Made by a program: the position numbers and the translations under genes. A stretch of DNA of 64,000 nucleotides, from IMG/VR virus record IMGVR_UViG_3300028832_000100; one strand, written 5' to 3'. Of this stretch, positions 48,940 through 59,618 are shown piece by piece (position 1 is the stretch's first letter; every line of letters begins with the position of its first letter). The DNA is from a virus (lineage: Duplodnaviria > Caudoviricetes). Under the pieces are notes generated by a model. It had not been told where the DNA came from. It saw nothing but the letters and a program-made list of their open reading frames with translations, and ran no database searches.

Positions 48940-50718
48940 TTATTTAAGCAATCCCCAAGGATCGTCTTTAGTTCTTTTTCCTTCGTCTTTTGAAATATCT
49001 ACAATGGTGTAATGATCTTTCCAAGTCTTATCTTTTCCATTGTCAGAAATAAAAGTTTCTGCTTCTTCTTCTGTTTCAAAAGTTGCTGCTCTATCAAAAG
49101 AACCTACATTATAATCTTTTGAAACATATTTTCCGTTTTCGTGCTTTACAGCATACTTACCTTTTTTAGCTTCTTCTTTGAGAGATTCTTCTTGAAAATC
49201 CTTGAAAATATGTCTGTAATAGGGTTCTCTTTTAAAGTTTGAAATCAATTCTTTAATAGAGGGAAATAGATCAATAGTCCATTCCTTGAACCATTTATCT
49301 GGGTCTTGAGAAGCTCTTTCAAATTCGGACTTACCCATTAAAGCATATTTATTCTTGTACTTTGCAACAACCCAATTACCAGGCACCTTGACATTTGTTG
49401 CTTTCAAAACTGACTTTTCATCAGATTCTTTGAGAGATTCATTGGTGTCATCTTCGTCCTCATCATCGTCTTCGTGACCTTCAAAGTGCTTACTATCAAA
49501 GTCATTCATACGACAGATAAATTCAAGGTACTCTCCAAGTTCATCTGTACCCATGGCTTGAACGATCTGCTTGTTTACATCGTCTTCACCCCATGCTTCA
49601 CACAATTCTTCATACAGATCCATTTCTTCACCGGGCTTTACTTGCCACCCATAGTTATCTTCTGTGAGTTTCTTTGATTCAGTTACTTTATCTTTCTTGT
49701 TAGGAGTGACCAAGAAGATAAGGTTTCCTTTTTCACCGACAACTTCATATCCTTTATTCACTAATTCTCTAAGCTTTTTAAGATATCCCTTTTGTGATTT
49801 GTCAATGGTTTCCTTTTTATAGTAACCCTTGTTTTCTCCGCTCCCGCCACGCTTGTTGGCAACAGGTCTGCCAGTTTCGTCGTAAGTAACTCTTACATCT
49901 TTCAGAGGAGCTGGTTTATTAGGGACAGTGATTACAAGAACATCTGCATCCTTATCTTTTCTTTGAGAATAAGTAACACCCTCATCTGCATATCTACTAA
50001 TAATGCTAATAGCAGGATCAAATGTAGTAATATATCTTGTTCTTTTTGCTTTTGCTTGTGATGCCTTTTCTGGATCAACAGTAATAGTAATGATGTTTTC
50101 ATCAGAACCACCAACAGAACCAATTTGATTTACTGCATATCCAACACCACTGTTGCTAGAGAACTTTCCCCAAATATCATACTTGTCACCGTCAGCAGTC
50201 AACTGCGCGTAGATTTCATCAAAGAGGTCGTGATAAGTTTTACTGTCTGATGCTTTTCTTCTTGTCGGAGCGGTAATCTCTATATAATCATCTTTGATTT
50301 CTACGCTTGCTTCTGGATATTTTTTAGCCATTGAAACAGCAGTCTTTTTGTCTTCTTCATCATCAATATAGAATTTCACAATACCGACAGTTTCATCTCT
50401 ATTGTATGAAGTCTTTCTTTGATAATCTGGAAATTCGTGAGCGATTTCCCTGTACACATCAGTAAACTCATCTACATACTCTTCTGTGTCTTCTTCAAGA
50501 GATTCAGACATATGTAATTTCTTCTTCGTAATGGATTTTACTTCTTTGTTTAATTTTTCGGTATCTTTAACAAAGTCTTCTGCTTCCTTGTCAAGTTCTT
50601 TGTTCACTTTGTCAGATTGCTCTTTGTGTGCTTCAGTTGCTTCAATAGTTTTCATAACATCTGGTGTAACAGTGCTATAAATTTCTTCTGCAAGTGTTTT
50701 ACCTTTGCTTATTTTCAT
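48940..50718 (-). CDS. Acidic multi-module protein (putative processed virion protein)
   Basis: ESLEED, ESKKLTED, ESLKES, ESLKEE linkers. Confidence 0.55.
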   Translation of the reverse strand: MKISKGKTLAEEIYSTVTPDVMKTIEATEAHKEQSDKVNKELDKEAEDFVKDTEKLNKEVKSITKKKLHMSESLEEDTEEYVDEFTDVYREIAHEFPDYQRKTSYNRDETVGIVKFYIDDEEDKKTAVSMAKKYPEASVEIKDDYIEITAPTRRKASDSKTYHDLFDEIYAQLTADGDKYDIWGKFSSNSGVGYAVNQIGSVGGSDENIITITVDPEKASQAKAKRTRYITTFDPAISIISRYADEGVTYSQRKDKDADVLVITVPNKPAPLKDVRVTYDETGRPVANKRGGSGENKGYYKKETIDKSQKGYLKKLRELVNKGYEVVGEKGNLIFLVTPNKKDKVTESKKLTEDNYGWQVKPGEEMDLYEELCEAWGEDDVNKQIVQAMGTDELGEYLEFICRMNDFDSKHFEGHEDDDEDEDDTNESLKESDEKSVLKATNVKVPGNWVVAKYKNKYALMGKSEFERASQDPDKWFKEWTIDLFPSIKELISNFKREPYYRHIFKDFQEESLKEEAKKGKYAVKHENGKYVSKDYNVGSFDRAATFETEEEAETFISDNGKDKTWKDHYTIVDISKDEGKRTKDDPWGLLK

Positions 50719-50724
50719 TTGTAA

Positions 50725-53631
50725 TCAAATCCCCTTTATATCAACTTCATCATCTTCCGCAGAACCATAAACAGTATCATCTACTTTATTCGTTCCATCA
50801 TTAACAGAAACATTTACAGATACGCTTGACTCATCAAGTTTCTTTTCTTCTTCGACAGGTTCTTCTGGTGTGTCTACTAACTCAATGTCAACACCATCAG
50901 GAAGATCGTCTTCACAAGAGCAGTTTTTCTTGTCACCAAGTTTTACAACTCCATCAAGCATTTCATCAGGTGTCTTTTCAAGAACATAGTCAACAATATC
51001 ATCATCGTCAATAGAACCGTTTTCTAATGACTTTCTGATTTTTCTTTCGTTCTCTCTGTCTTCTTTAGTAGGCTTTCTAACAGGCTCTCTATCAATATTT
51101 ACAAGTCTTCTTTGAATATTTCTTCTGCGAACAGGATTTACAGAATCATCCGTAGGATATTCGTCGTCAATAGAATCGGTAGGATATTCATCATCTGTAA
51201 TTTCTTCCCCATACCAAGAAATGTCATCATCTACATGATATGACTCTCCGAGGTCACTATCAAAATACTCTTTTGATCTTTCCTTGTCAAGTTTTCTCCG
51301 CTCCTGCGCTAATGACCATGCACTTTCACCACATTTCGAGCAATATTGATCTCCATCCTCTGTGTACTCTAATCTCTTTCCACAAATAGGACAATAAGTC
51401 ATATCACCGCCGTAAATACCTGCAAGTTCAAAATCATCATATTCATCATCCCATGATTCATTGACTTTTTGTTTCGACTCAACAACAGCATTCTCTATTT
51501 CTCCAATGCTTTCTTCTTCGCCTTTTTCAAGTTGACCTTGTGCTTCAACTTCACCAGATTTAATCTTTACAGTGTCGGAAGAAAGAGTTTCAAGTGCTTT
51601 CTGAAGTTGTCCTACATGAACGTTTTCTTCCTCAACAATGTCTTGAATGACAGGAATAATATCTTTATACTTATCACCAGATTCATTAGAAAGAATGGTA
51701 ATGATATTGTTATAAAGAGAAATCGTCTTCCACTCATCCTCAATCGCTGTAATGATGTTATCAGCAACGAAGTTTTCTTCACCATTTTCAGGAGTTAAAC
51801 TTTCTTTCAAGTTATTTTCAAATCTCCTCTCCACCTCAGCAGCTACCCTATCAAAGACTTGATTGTCGAGGTTTTTACCTAGGAGCGAACCAATGTCACT
51901 ATTATTCGATAGAGCGTTTCTTACCTTACCAAATGTTACTTCTTTGTCAATATCTTCTACTTGGTAATCATCCGGGTAGGTCTTTTTGTACCAAGAGTAA
52001 ATCGTTTCGTCCGCACGGTTCTTGCTTTCTTCAAGGGATTCTCCCCACTTCGCTCCACGCTTTTTATTTGCAAACATTGCCTTTCTCTGTGCGTCTGCTT
52101 CTTTCTTTGTTTTGAAAGTACCGTGAGTACCTTCTTTACCTTTATTAGTCCATTTACCAGACTTTGTTTTTACAGTGTCTTCTTTAACAGATTTATTGAT
52201 GGACTCCTCAATTATTTCACCAGTTTTATTGTTAAACTTGTATGTTTCTCCATCAATTTTTACTAAATCTACATCAGCAGCCATGCCAATCCACTCATAC
52301 TTACGTGGCGATCTTCTGAATTTTTTATTATAAGATGCAAGGTACTTCTTCATTTCTTGTGGAACGAATGGTTTTCTGCCATACTCCACTATCTTTATAT
52401 CATCATACAAGGATGAGTCTACTTCTTTTGCATATTCTTCGGCATCTTCTTTTGAATTATCGTTGTTCAAGGAAGAAAATCTCTTGATAGTTTTATAGGT
52501 ATTATCACTTAAATCCCTACCATAAACAGAATATCCAAAATCTTCTTTGAGAGAATCTTTTGTTAATGTGGATTCGTCAGAAGCGTTGTCTACAAAATCT
52601 AAATTGTTTGGATGTGCCAGAAATGAATTATCTTTGAATCCCATAAAATCTCTGGTGTCATCTGCTTCAATATCAAACACCTCTAAAGTACCCTGCCACC
52701 CTTTGTCTTTAATGATGCCGGTTCTTCCAATGTTTCTCTCACCGCCAGATGTCCATCCGTCATTGTTTACATATTTTACTCTATCCCCTTTAATAAAAAC
52801 CCTATATGGTTTCCTCTGACTAAGTGGTGCACTCTCTGATACATTCTTTCTTCTCTCTTTAATCTTATCAAGAAGATGATCCTTTGTCAGTGGTTTTGCT
52901 TTCTTTAAGAAGACAAGATTTTTATCATCATTATACATATTGTGTATAATTTCATCAAAAGACGCAACATCAAAACCAGATTCACCTACTGTTGATTTGT
53001 CATATCCCCAAGCATTTCTTCCACCGTTAGAAATGAAAATGGGTTCTCCGGCATCATAAAGTTTTCTTGCCTCTTCTTTATCTATTTTGCGAAGGTCTTC
53101 TTTTATATTTCTATTTCTCATCATTTTTGAATTTCCTCTACTTAATACTTCCTCTATCAGTTTTTCTTTCAACTCTATTCCTTCTTCATCTTGCTTTATG
53201 TTAAGAAGATTTAATGAAATATTCGTTTTAGACGGATTTACTATTTCTTTGTACTTCAAACTCTTAAACACATCAATGGCATTTGCATTTATAAGTTCTT
53301 TTACATATTCGTCATTATTCATATTCATTTCACTACTTTTGAACTTTTTGTGAATTGAACTATTCCAGTTTTTCTTACTAATATAATTTGGAAGAAGAAT
53401 TATGTTTCTAACTCTGTTGTCTTCGTGAACACCATTTTTGTGATGAATAATAAATTCGGTACTATCTGGATAATATTTACAGTATAAACCTAATAGGTCA
53501 CAAATAAACTGCCGAAGAGATGTTTCCCCTCTATATTTAGATTCGTTAAGAAACATCTCTTCCTGTTCCAATAAATATTCTGTATTATTTTGCAAGGTTG
53601 TACTCTTTGTAAAGTTGCTTCTTTTCTGCAT
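50725..53631 (-). CDS. Large polyvalent-type protein (HNH-like, ferritin-like, Zn-ribbon modules)
   Basis: HHKNGVHEDN; EDEWKT...EEENVHVG; CPICG...CSKCG; many x-x-ES/ED linkers. Confidence 0.6.
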   Translation of the reverse strand: MQKRSNFTKSTTLQNNTEYLLEQEEMFLNESKYRGETSLRQFICDLLGLYCKYYPDSTEFIIHHKNGVHEDNRVRNIILLPNYISKKNWNSSIHKKFKSSEMNMNNDEYVKELINANAIDVFKSLKYKEIVNPSKTNISLNLLNIKQDEEGIELKEKLIEEVLSRGNSKMMRNRNIKEDLRKIDKEEARKLYDAGEPIFISNGGRNAWGYDKSTVGESGFDVASFDEIIHNMYNDDKNLVFLKKAKPLTKDHLLDKIKERRKNVSESAPLSQRKPYRVFIKGDRVKYVNNDGWTSGGERNIGRTGIIKDKGWQGTLEVFDIEADDTRDFMGFKDNSFLAHPNNLDFVDNASDESTLTKDSLKEDFGYSVYGRDLSDNTYKTIKRFSSLNNDNSKEDAEEYAKEVDSSLYDDIKIVEYGRKPFVPQEMKKYLASYNKKFRRSPRKYEWIGMAADVDLVKIDGETYKFNNKTGEIIEESINKSVKEDTVKTKSGKWTNKGKEGTHGTFKTKKEADAQRKAMFANKKRGAKWGESLEESKNRADETIYSWYKKTYPDDYQVEDIDKEVTFGKVRNALSNNSDIGSLLGKNLDNQVFDRVAAEVERRFENNLKESLTPENGEENFVADNIITAIEDEWKTISLYNNIITILSNESGDKYKDIIPVIQDIVEEENVHVGQLQKALETLSSDTVKIKSGEVEAQGQLEKGEEESIGEIENAVVESKQKVNESWDDEYDDFELAGIYGGDMTYCPICGKRLEYTEDGDQYCSKCGESAWSLAQERRKLDKERSKEYFDSDLGESYHVDDDISWYGEEITDDEYPTDSIDDEYPTDDSVNPVRRRNIQRRLVNIDREPVRKPTKEDRENERKIRKSLENGSIDDDDIVDYVLEKTPDEMLDGVVKLGDKKNCSCEDDLPDGVDIELVDTPEEPVEEEKKLDESSVSVNVSVNDGTNKVDDTVYGSAEDDEVDIKGI

Positions 53632-55681
53632 AGTCTATTAAATGATATTTATATTGTGTGTCTATAAAAGCTTTAATATAGTCAATATTTGTCACATTTT
53701 TCAAGTGTGTTCTTATTTCATTGACCATATTATCAGAATCTAAATTGGTATAAATTTTTGTGTCTTCTTTGAGAGATGGTTTTACAGCAAATGTCCAATG
53801 TGAAGTATTCACTCCATCAAGCCCATCCCCATCATCCGAGGTCACAAACTCATGGTCTGGGTCTTCCGCGACACCAACTTCATAAATTCTATATCCTTCT
53901 TGATTAGGCTTTCTATTGATGCTTACAACAGTACCTTTTTTGAAAGAATCACCGATTCTTGGAAATTCATTTATACTGATTATTTGTGCATTTCCAATAA
54001 ATTTAAGGTCATCTGTTTCCTCTTTCAAGGCACCTTTTTCCATCTTATTAAGCCTATCATAATAATCAGGAATTTCAAAGAGGTGGTCAAGAGCAATTCT
54101 TTCTGCTTTCTTTTCATCATCAGTATGCTCTTTCTCTACTTTAATACCTTTTTGAAGTTGTGCTTTAATATCTTCTACTGATACATTATGCTTTTTAGCA
54201 ATATCTTCAACAGACATATTATTGGAGATTCCTTCTTTCATAGAATCAGTAACTACACCTTTTCTGGTCTTATTTCTTAAAGAACGATAATCAGAAGGGA
54301 CTTCTGTATAGCCAGCATCCTTGATTAAGTCAACAATGTCCTCATACTCTTGACGATTCTTTAATTCAATATCCGCTCTACCCATAGAGAATTCACCACG
54401 TTCAAATGTCTTATCTCTATTGTTAATGCGAAGTTCTTGAATAGTATAATTATAAGGATTTCTTACAATCATATTTTGAATGTCATGTGAACCGAGTTTG
54501 AATCCACGAGGAAATTTTGTTCTTTTTTCTTCTTTTAGAGCATCATTTATAATAGACCAATCATATCCACCTATAAGCCAACCGCCTACTTCATCAGAAA
54601 CCGCATCTGAAATTTTGTCATGGAAGTATTCATCATCATCCTGTGGATCATCGGATGGAATATGATCTGTTTTGATTTCTACAACAATCTCATTTGGGAG
54701 CGATTCTTCAATTTCTTCAATCTTTTTCTCGCAGGCTTCTATATAGTCAGCGTGATTAGCAAAATCTTCTTCATTAAAATATTCTGCTACATCCTCATCT
54801 GTGATGTCCCAATCCATATTGAATACTTTTACTTTTACGGTGTCGTCTTCTATTCTATTTGCATCTTCTTCAATAGCAAACTTATCCTCTACAACATCAT
54901 CGATGATATATTTTCTGTCAGAAATCTTTTCTGCTTTATCCCCATATTTTTTAAGGATTCTTTCTGTTTCTTTTCTGTTCTTTGCAATATATGGGTTTGA
55001 TCCAGACTTAAATCTGAAAAGAACCCACTTATCTTCTACTGACTCACCAATAGGTTTAGGATCTCTGTGCATATAAAGAACAGCAATGGCATCATTACCA
55101 TTACTCATAATCTTATAGTAATCAGTCATATGCTTCCAATCAGCATCTTCTGGAAGGAAGTGTTCAAACCACATTCCCCATCCTTCATATTCAGGATCAT
55201 TCTTGAAGTCTTCAAAACTTCCTTTATAAATATCAAAAGTTCCGCGAGGAGTTCTTAATTTTTCTTGTGTGATCTTTTCGCCAACAGACTCATTCGTATC
55301 TTCACATTTATTTGCTTCATCAAGACCAATGTTGGAATCTTCTTCCTCATCTTCTAATGAATAGGAATCAAACCACTCTTGTGCGCTTTCTTCTGACTCT
55401 GATTCCCAGTCATAATATTCAGGATCTCCGTAGTCTACATCGGAAGAGAAGTAGAATCTATGCAAACCTTTTTTTGGATTCTTATACCACATATATGCAT
55501 CTCTGAAACCGTCCTTGTCATAGACATCCTTGCTTGCCACATATTCCCATCCATGACTTTCAAGAGTTTCATTGTCAAAGTCATCTTCGGTCATGTCAAA
55601 ATGATCTGCTGCTTCTTCCTCACCGGGAATATCAAAATCTTCATTTAATATATATTTCTCTTTACTCATTTTATACCTCAA
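53585..55681 (-). CDS. Large acidic multi-module protein
   Basis: GIKVEKEHT...IALDHL-x-E-x-PDYY module (DUF5661-like); LKEE/LKED linkers. Confidence 0.6.
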   Translation of the reverse strand: MRYKMSKEKYILNEDFDIPGEEEAADHFDMTEDDFDNETLESHGWEYVASKDVYDKDGFRDAYMWYKNPKKGLHRFYFSSDVDYGDPEYYDWESESEESAQEWFDSYSLEDEEEDSNIGLDEANKCEDTNESVGEKITQEKLRTPRGTFDIYKGSFEDFKNDPEYEGWGMWFEHFLPEDADWKHMTDYYKIMSNGNDAIAVLYMHRDPKPIGESVEDKWVLFRFKSGSNPYIAKNRKETERILKKYGDKAEKISDRKYIIDDVVEDKFAIEEDANRIEDDTVKVKVFNMDWDITDEDVAEYFNEEDFANHADYIEACEKKIEEIEESLPNEIVVEIKTDHIPSDDPQDDDEYFHDKISDAVSDEVGGWLIGGYDWSIINDALKEEKRTKFPRGFKLGSHDIQNMIVRNPYNYTIQELRINNRDKTFERGEFSMGRADIELKNRQEYEDIVDLIKDAGYTEVPSDYRSLRNKTRKGVVTDSMKEGISNNMSVEDIAKKHNVSVEDIKAQLQKGIKVEKEHTDDEKKAERIALDHLFEIPDYYDRLNKMEKGALKEETDDLKFIGNAQIISINEFPRIGDSFKKGTVVSINRKPNQEGYRIYEVGVAEDPDHEFVTSDDGDGLDGVNTSHWTFAVKPSLKEDTKIYTNLDSDNMVNEIRTHLKNVTNIDYIKAFIDTQYKYHLIDYAEKKQLYKEYNLAK

Positions 55682-56314
55682 TCAGTTTGTTTGATAAGCA
55701 TAGTATTCAATGTAGCCATCTTCGTCTGCAAGTTCATGCTCCGCTCCATCATAACCTGCAAGGAAGTGACCGCGACCATCCCATTTGATACATTCATCTA
55801 CGATCTTTTGAATATCATAAGAATTGGTTTCTTTAACAAGTCTTGCTACTTCTTCTTTGCCAAAATTGTCCTCAATATATCCAACATAGTCATCTACTTC
55901 ATCGAAGAGTTTTTCTGCAAGTTCATCTTGAATACTACTATAAAGATCATCATTTTCCAGATCTTCACCAGTTGTTCCTTCTTCTACAATATCAAGACGA
56001 ATCGCTTCTTCTGCCATGCGATCTTTATCATAGTCAAGAGTATCATAGACATAATTTTCTATATCTTCTTTTACAATATCATAAAAGAAATCTTCATCAA
56101 CAGCATTTTCATAAATCCAATCTTGAAATTCTGGGGTGAACCCTTCGATCCCAGCATCATCAATAAAAGATTCAATATAATCTTTTGTAGCTTCGTCTGC
56201 TTCTGCTTCCGTAAATACTTTATACTCTGCATCTTCGGTTTCAAAGGTATCATCGTCATACCCTTGTTTAACTTCAACTCCGAGGTATTTTTCAAGTGCT
56301 TCTTGTTTAGTCAT
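55682..56314 (-). CDS. Highly acidic early protein
   Basis: Directly behind a SigA promoter; DGRGHFLAGYDG motif. Confidence 0.6.
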   Translation of the reverse strand: MTKQEALEKYLGVEVKQGYDDDTFETEDAEYKVFTEAEADEATKDYIESFIDDAGIEGFTPEFQDWIYENAVDEDFFYDIVKEDIENYVYDTLDYDKDRMAEEAIRLDIVEEGTTGEDLENDDLYSSIQDELAEKLFDEVDDYVGYIEDNFGKEEVARLVKETNSYDIQKIVDECIKWDGRGHFLAGYDGAEHELADEDGYIEYYAYQTN

Positions 56315-56344
56315 TTTTATAAATCTCCTTTGTGATTTTTATAT

Positions 56345-56373
56345 ATTATATCACAAGTTTTTTCTTTTGTCAA
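56345..56373 (-). promoter_or_regulatory. SigA/sigma70-type promoter
   Basis: TTGACA-17 bp-TATAAT with TG. Confidence 0.85.
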
Positions 56374-56401
56374 TAGTTTTGTAAATTTTTTCAAAACATT
56401 T

Positions 56402-56998
56402 TTAATCATCGTCACAGAACAAGAATTTATAAATGTCTGCTTTTGTCAGCCAACTTATACCAAAAAAGAATAAGGCAACGGCTTCAATAAGCCATGTCTT
56501 AATGTAAAAATCTGGCAATAAAAATAATAGGAATGATCCTAACATTCCAATACCGCAAACTATATAAATAATATTTCTGATTTTCTTTTTCTTTGTAGGA
56601 TATCCGTCAGACTTTGTAAATAAGAACAAGGAACTGAGTGATAACAGCGCAAAGAAACATGCTGCACAAACATTGTGAATAATTCCACTAACTTCTACTG
56701 GAAGATTGAATGTACCCACTCTTACAAATAATTCTGTCTCACAAGGGAACAAACAAATACCAATGCCAAAAATACCAGAAGCAGTAAATATAATGTCATC
56801 AAGAACAGAATACCCCTTATAACAAATAAGGAGTATTCCGGCTGATCCAAGAACTATCATAAATACTGCAACGGCATTGGTGTAATATGTGGAAGAAATC
56901 GAAGGTGGAAATCCACCTGTAATAAGAACAACCAACCAAGGAAGAAAAATACCAAGCCAACCAAGAGTTGCTCTAAGTCTTTTTGTATTTACACCCAT
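56402..56998 (-). CDS. Multi-pass membrane protein (DUF998-like)
   Basis: About 6 hydrophobic helices; SIS-x-x-YY and H-x-x-x-A-x-x-FF motifs. Confidence 0.65.
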   Translation of the reverse strand: MGVNTKRLRATLGWLGIFLPWLVVLITGGFPPSISSTYYTNAVAVFMIVLGSAGILLICYKGYSVLDDIIFTASGIFGIGICLFPCETELFVRVGTFNLPVEVSGIIHNVCAACFFALLSLSSLFLFTKSDGYPTKKKKIRNIIYIVCGIGMLGSFLLFLLPDFYIKTWLIEAVALFFFGISWLTKADIYKFLFCDDD

Positions 56999-57019
56999 AA
57001 TAGTTACATCTTCTTTCTA

Positions 57020-58063
57020 TTATTCTTTTCCTTTATTGGCATTATTGTACCATTTCTCATAAATATCATCATAAGAAATTCCAGTAATATCAGAAAGTTT
57101 ATCAAACAGTCTTTCTCTTATAATAGAATCCTTAACACCGATGACTTCATACACATCCGCTCCGTCATTGATTGCTTTCAGAAGATCATCAAAGGTTGCT
57201 TCTTCATTGATTTCATATCCGGCTTCATCGTTGGGAAAAGCATCAACATACCAAGTTCTTAATTTGATTGTTGTTGGAGCGGTTTGTTCCTGCTCATCTG
57301 CCTCAACCTCAATTTCATCTGCCTCATTCAGAGATTCATCTACATCATCTTTTTCATAGATAACTTCTCTTTCGGTATCAAAACTGTCAATGTCGAAGTC
57401 TCCGTTGGAATCATAGTAGTATTTTGCTTTCTCTACATAAGAACCAACACCGTGCTCTTTACACTCTTTCACAGCTTCTTCTTCTGTGTCATATTCATCT
57501 ACAAGGTCGCTATCTTCATCATAGACAATATATTGAGTATCAAAGTTTTCACCTTGTACTGCTTTATCTACATACTTGATGATTCTTTCGTCTGTAACTT
57601 CTGCATCGATAGCAGCAACAAAGTTTGCATTATCGATATAGAAATAATTGTAATCAGTTCTCTTTGCATTCTTCAAAGAATCTTCAACAGAGCAAATTGA
57701 ACCGTCCCAAGTAGTATGTGACCAACCGCCACCATAGATAAAATCAATAGATCCACCATTAAGATCATCAATAACAATTTCTGTAAGTGCATCCAGATCT
57801 TTTACAAGTTTATCTGCACTGATATCATAATAGTTATTATATGTAAGAAGTGCTTTCTTAACAACAAAGTCAACATCTTCAATTTCTTCTGTACTATACA
57901 TATAAGAAGATGCTCTTAATGAACCTGCCTTACCTCTCATGTCGCAATCACAAAGAATAAGAGGATCTCCGAGATAATCTTTTCCGACAACCTCTGCTTT
58001 TGTAACTTTACCTTCTACATAAATATCTTTTGATGTAATTTTATATCCTGCTCCTGCACCCAT
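57020..58063 (-). CDS. Acidic multi-module protein
   Basis: MGAGAG start; DESLNEA linker; C-terminal WY...P-x-D module also seen in 50725..53631. Confidence 0.55.
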   Translation of the reverse strand: MGAGAGYKITSKDIYVEGKVTKAEVVGKDYLGDPLILCDCDMRGKAGSLRASSYMYSTEEIEDVDFVVKKALLTYNNYYDISADKLVKDLDALTEIVIDDLNGGSIDFIYGGGWSHTTWDGSICSVEDSLKNAKRTDYNYFYIDNANFVAAIDAEVTDERIIKYVDKAVQGENFDTQYIVYDEDSDLVDEYDTEEEAVKECKEHGVGSYVEKAKYYYDSNGDFDIDSFDTEREVIYEKDDVDESLNEADEIEVEADEQEQTAPTTIKLRTWYVDAFPNDEAGYEINEEATFDDLLKAINDGADVYEVIGVKDSIIRERLFDKLSDITGISYDDIYEKWYNNANKGKE

Positions 58064-58093
58064 CTTTTATATACCTCCAAGTAATAATCAATC

Positions 58094-58468
58094 TTATTCT
58101 TCCTCTGCAAAGATGTCAAATAATTCATCAGGAATATCAAGTTGATTGTAGTCGTCTTCCATTGCATCTACAATCTCATCTGCATAATCTCTACAATCCA
58201 TTGCAAGTCCGATTGTATCTCTGGATTCCAGATTTCCGTAAGCATTGAAGTGAATATAATCATCTCCCCAATTTCTAATATCTCCGAAGAATGTTGCTCT
58301 TGCTGCTTCATAGGGATCAGTAAAATAAACATGGAAGAATTCTTCATCAAAAGGTTGATAGTCAAGATTATCTAAATTTCCATTGTAAGAATTGATCTCT
58401 TGAACTAACGAGATAATGTCTTCATCATCCATATTCTTGATAAATTCGATTGCTTTTTCCTTATTCAT
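58094..58468 (-). CDS. Small highly acidic protein
   Basis: D/E-rich; FNAYGNLES motif. Confidence 0.6.
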   Translation of the reverse strand: MNKEKAIEFIKNMDDEDIISLVQEINSYNGNLDNLDYQPFDEEFFHVYFTDPYEAARATFFGDIRNWGDDYIHFNAYGNLESRDTIGLAMDCRDYADEIVDAMEDDYNQLDIPDELFDIFAEEE

Positions 58469-58489
58469 TTTTTCTGTTTTCCTTCCTAA

Positions 58490-58798
58490 TTAAAATTGAA
58501 TTGTTAATTGTTCTTCTACAATATTTGATACAATCTTTTTTGATTTCTTTGTTGTTTGTTTTTCTGTTACTCCGAAATCATTTATTCCTTCATCGTCAAT
58601 ATCTATTTGATAATCTTTTAATTTCATATCTTTTGATATTTTCTGTATTAACAGGAATCTTGCTTGTTCTTTTGTGTATGCTTCTACTTGATAATAATGA
58701 TATGTTTTCTTTATTGGTTTGTAGAAGTATGTTTCTCTTATGTATCCAGAGTATGAATATTTATGCTTCATCTTTTTCCTATCTGCATAGAAAAACAA
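58490..58798 (-). CDS. Hypothetical protein
   Basis: ORF; probable start at MKHKY. Confidence 0.45.
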   Translation of the reverse strand: MFFYADRKKMKHKYSYSGYIRETYFYKPIKKTYHYYQVEAYTKEQARFLLIQKISKDMKLKDYQIDIDDEGINDFGVTEKQTTKKSKKIVSNIVEEQLTIQF

Positions 58799-58843
58799 TT
58801 CATATAATTTTAGCAGATTAAATTTATTCTTATTTTAATAAAT

Positions 58844-59182
58844 TTAATTTTTCCTTTCTGAATTATAGTAGTTCTTTTCTAACGGCACTAAAACTATAAT
58901 GTTATCATAGTCATATTTTAATAATTGATAATTACCTTCTCTCATTCTATCTACATATTTATAGACAGAATTCATTATAGCCGTTCCGGGATATTGAAAC
59001 AGTACAAGAGATACTTCTTTTGGTCTTTCTTCTAAAAACTCTATCTTTCTCCGCAACAGTTCCTTTCTCATTACTTCTTGTAATGAATAGTTTGCTATGA
59101 AGATAATTTCTCTTTTTAGCATACAATGTCTGAAAATGGATCGTGAATCATTATCCCTTGTAACATAAACTTTTACTCTCAT
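58844..59182 (-). CDS. Hypothetical protein
   Basis: ORF with SD AAAGGA. Confidence 0.5.
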   Translation of the reverse strand: MRVKVYVTRDNDSRSIFRHCMLKREIIFIANYSLQEVMRKELLRRKIEFLEERPKEVSLVLFQYPGTAIMNSVYKYVDRMREGNYQLLKYDYDNIIVLVPLEKNYYNSERKN

Positions 59183-59242
59183 ATCTTTTTCCTTTCTGAA
59201 AGATCTTTCTCACTCAATACTACTTGATACTATTTCATCGAG

Positions 59243-59425
59243 TCACTTGACAAAATAATATCTATCCGCACATTCTTTTATATCTCTTACCCCATCGCAT
59301 CTTCCCTTTTTATAATGGTAGCATTCTTCACATGGTTTTCCTTCTTTATATCTGTTCTGGCAAACTACCAGTGCTCTCAAGAATTCTGGTAAGGATAAAT
59401 TTTCCCAATACTCTTTATCAATCAT
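59243..59425 (-). CDS. Small Cys-rich protein
   Basis: SD AGGAG; CEEC...C motif. Confidence 0.5.
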   Translation of the reverse strand: MIDKEYWENLSLPEFLRALVVCQNRYKEGKPCEECYHYKKGRCDGVRDIKECADRYYFVK

Positions 59426-59618
59426 TTCCTGTTCTCCTTTTGTAGCGTATCCTGTATATTATTTCCGACCAATTCTTGGATCATTTTTATTTGTGAACAT
59501 TTCTTCACTTTTTGTTCACATTATGTTCACATTTATACTTATCATTTTTTGTATATATTGCACAAATTGAACTTTGCAAAAATGAAATTAAGCATTTTTT
59601 GAACTTTTCTCTATAAGT

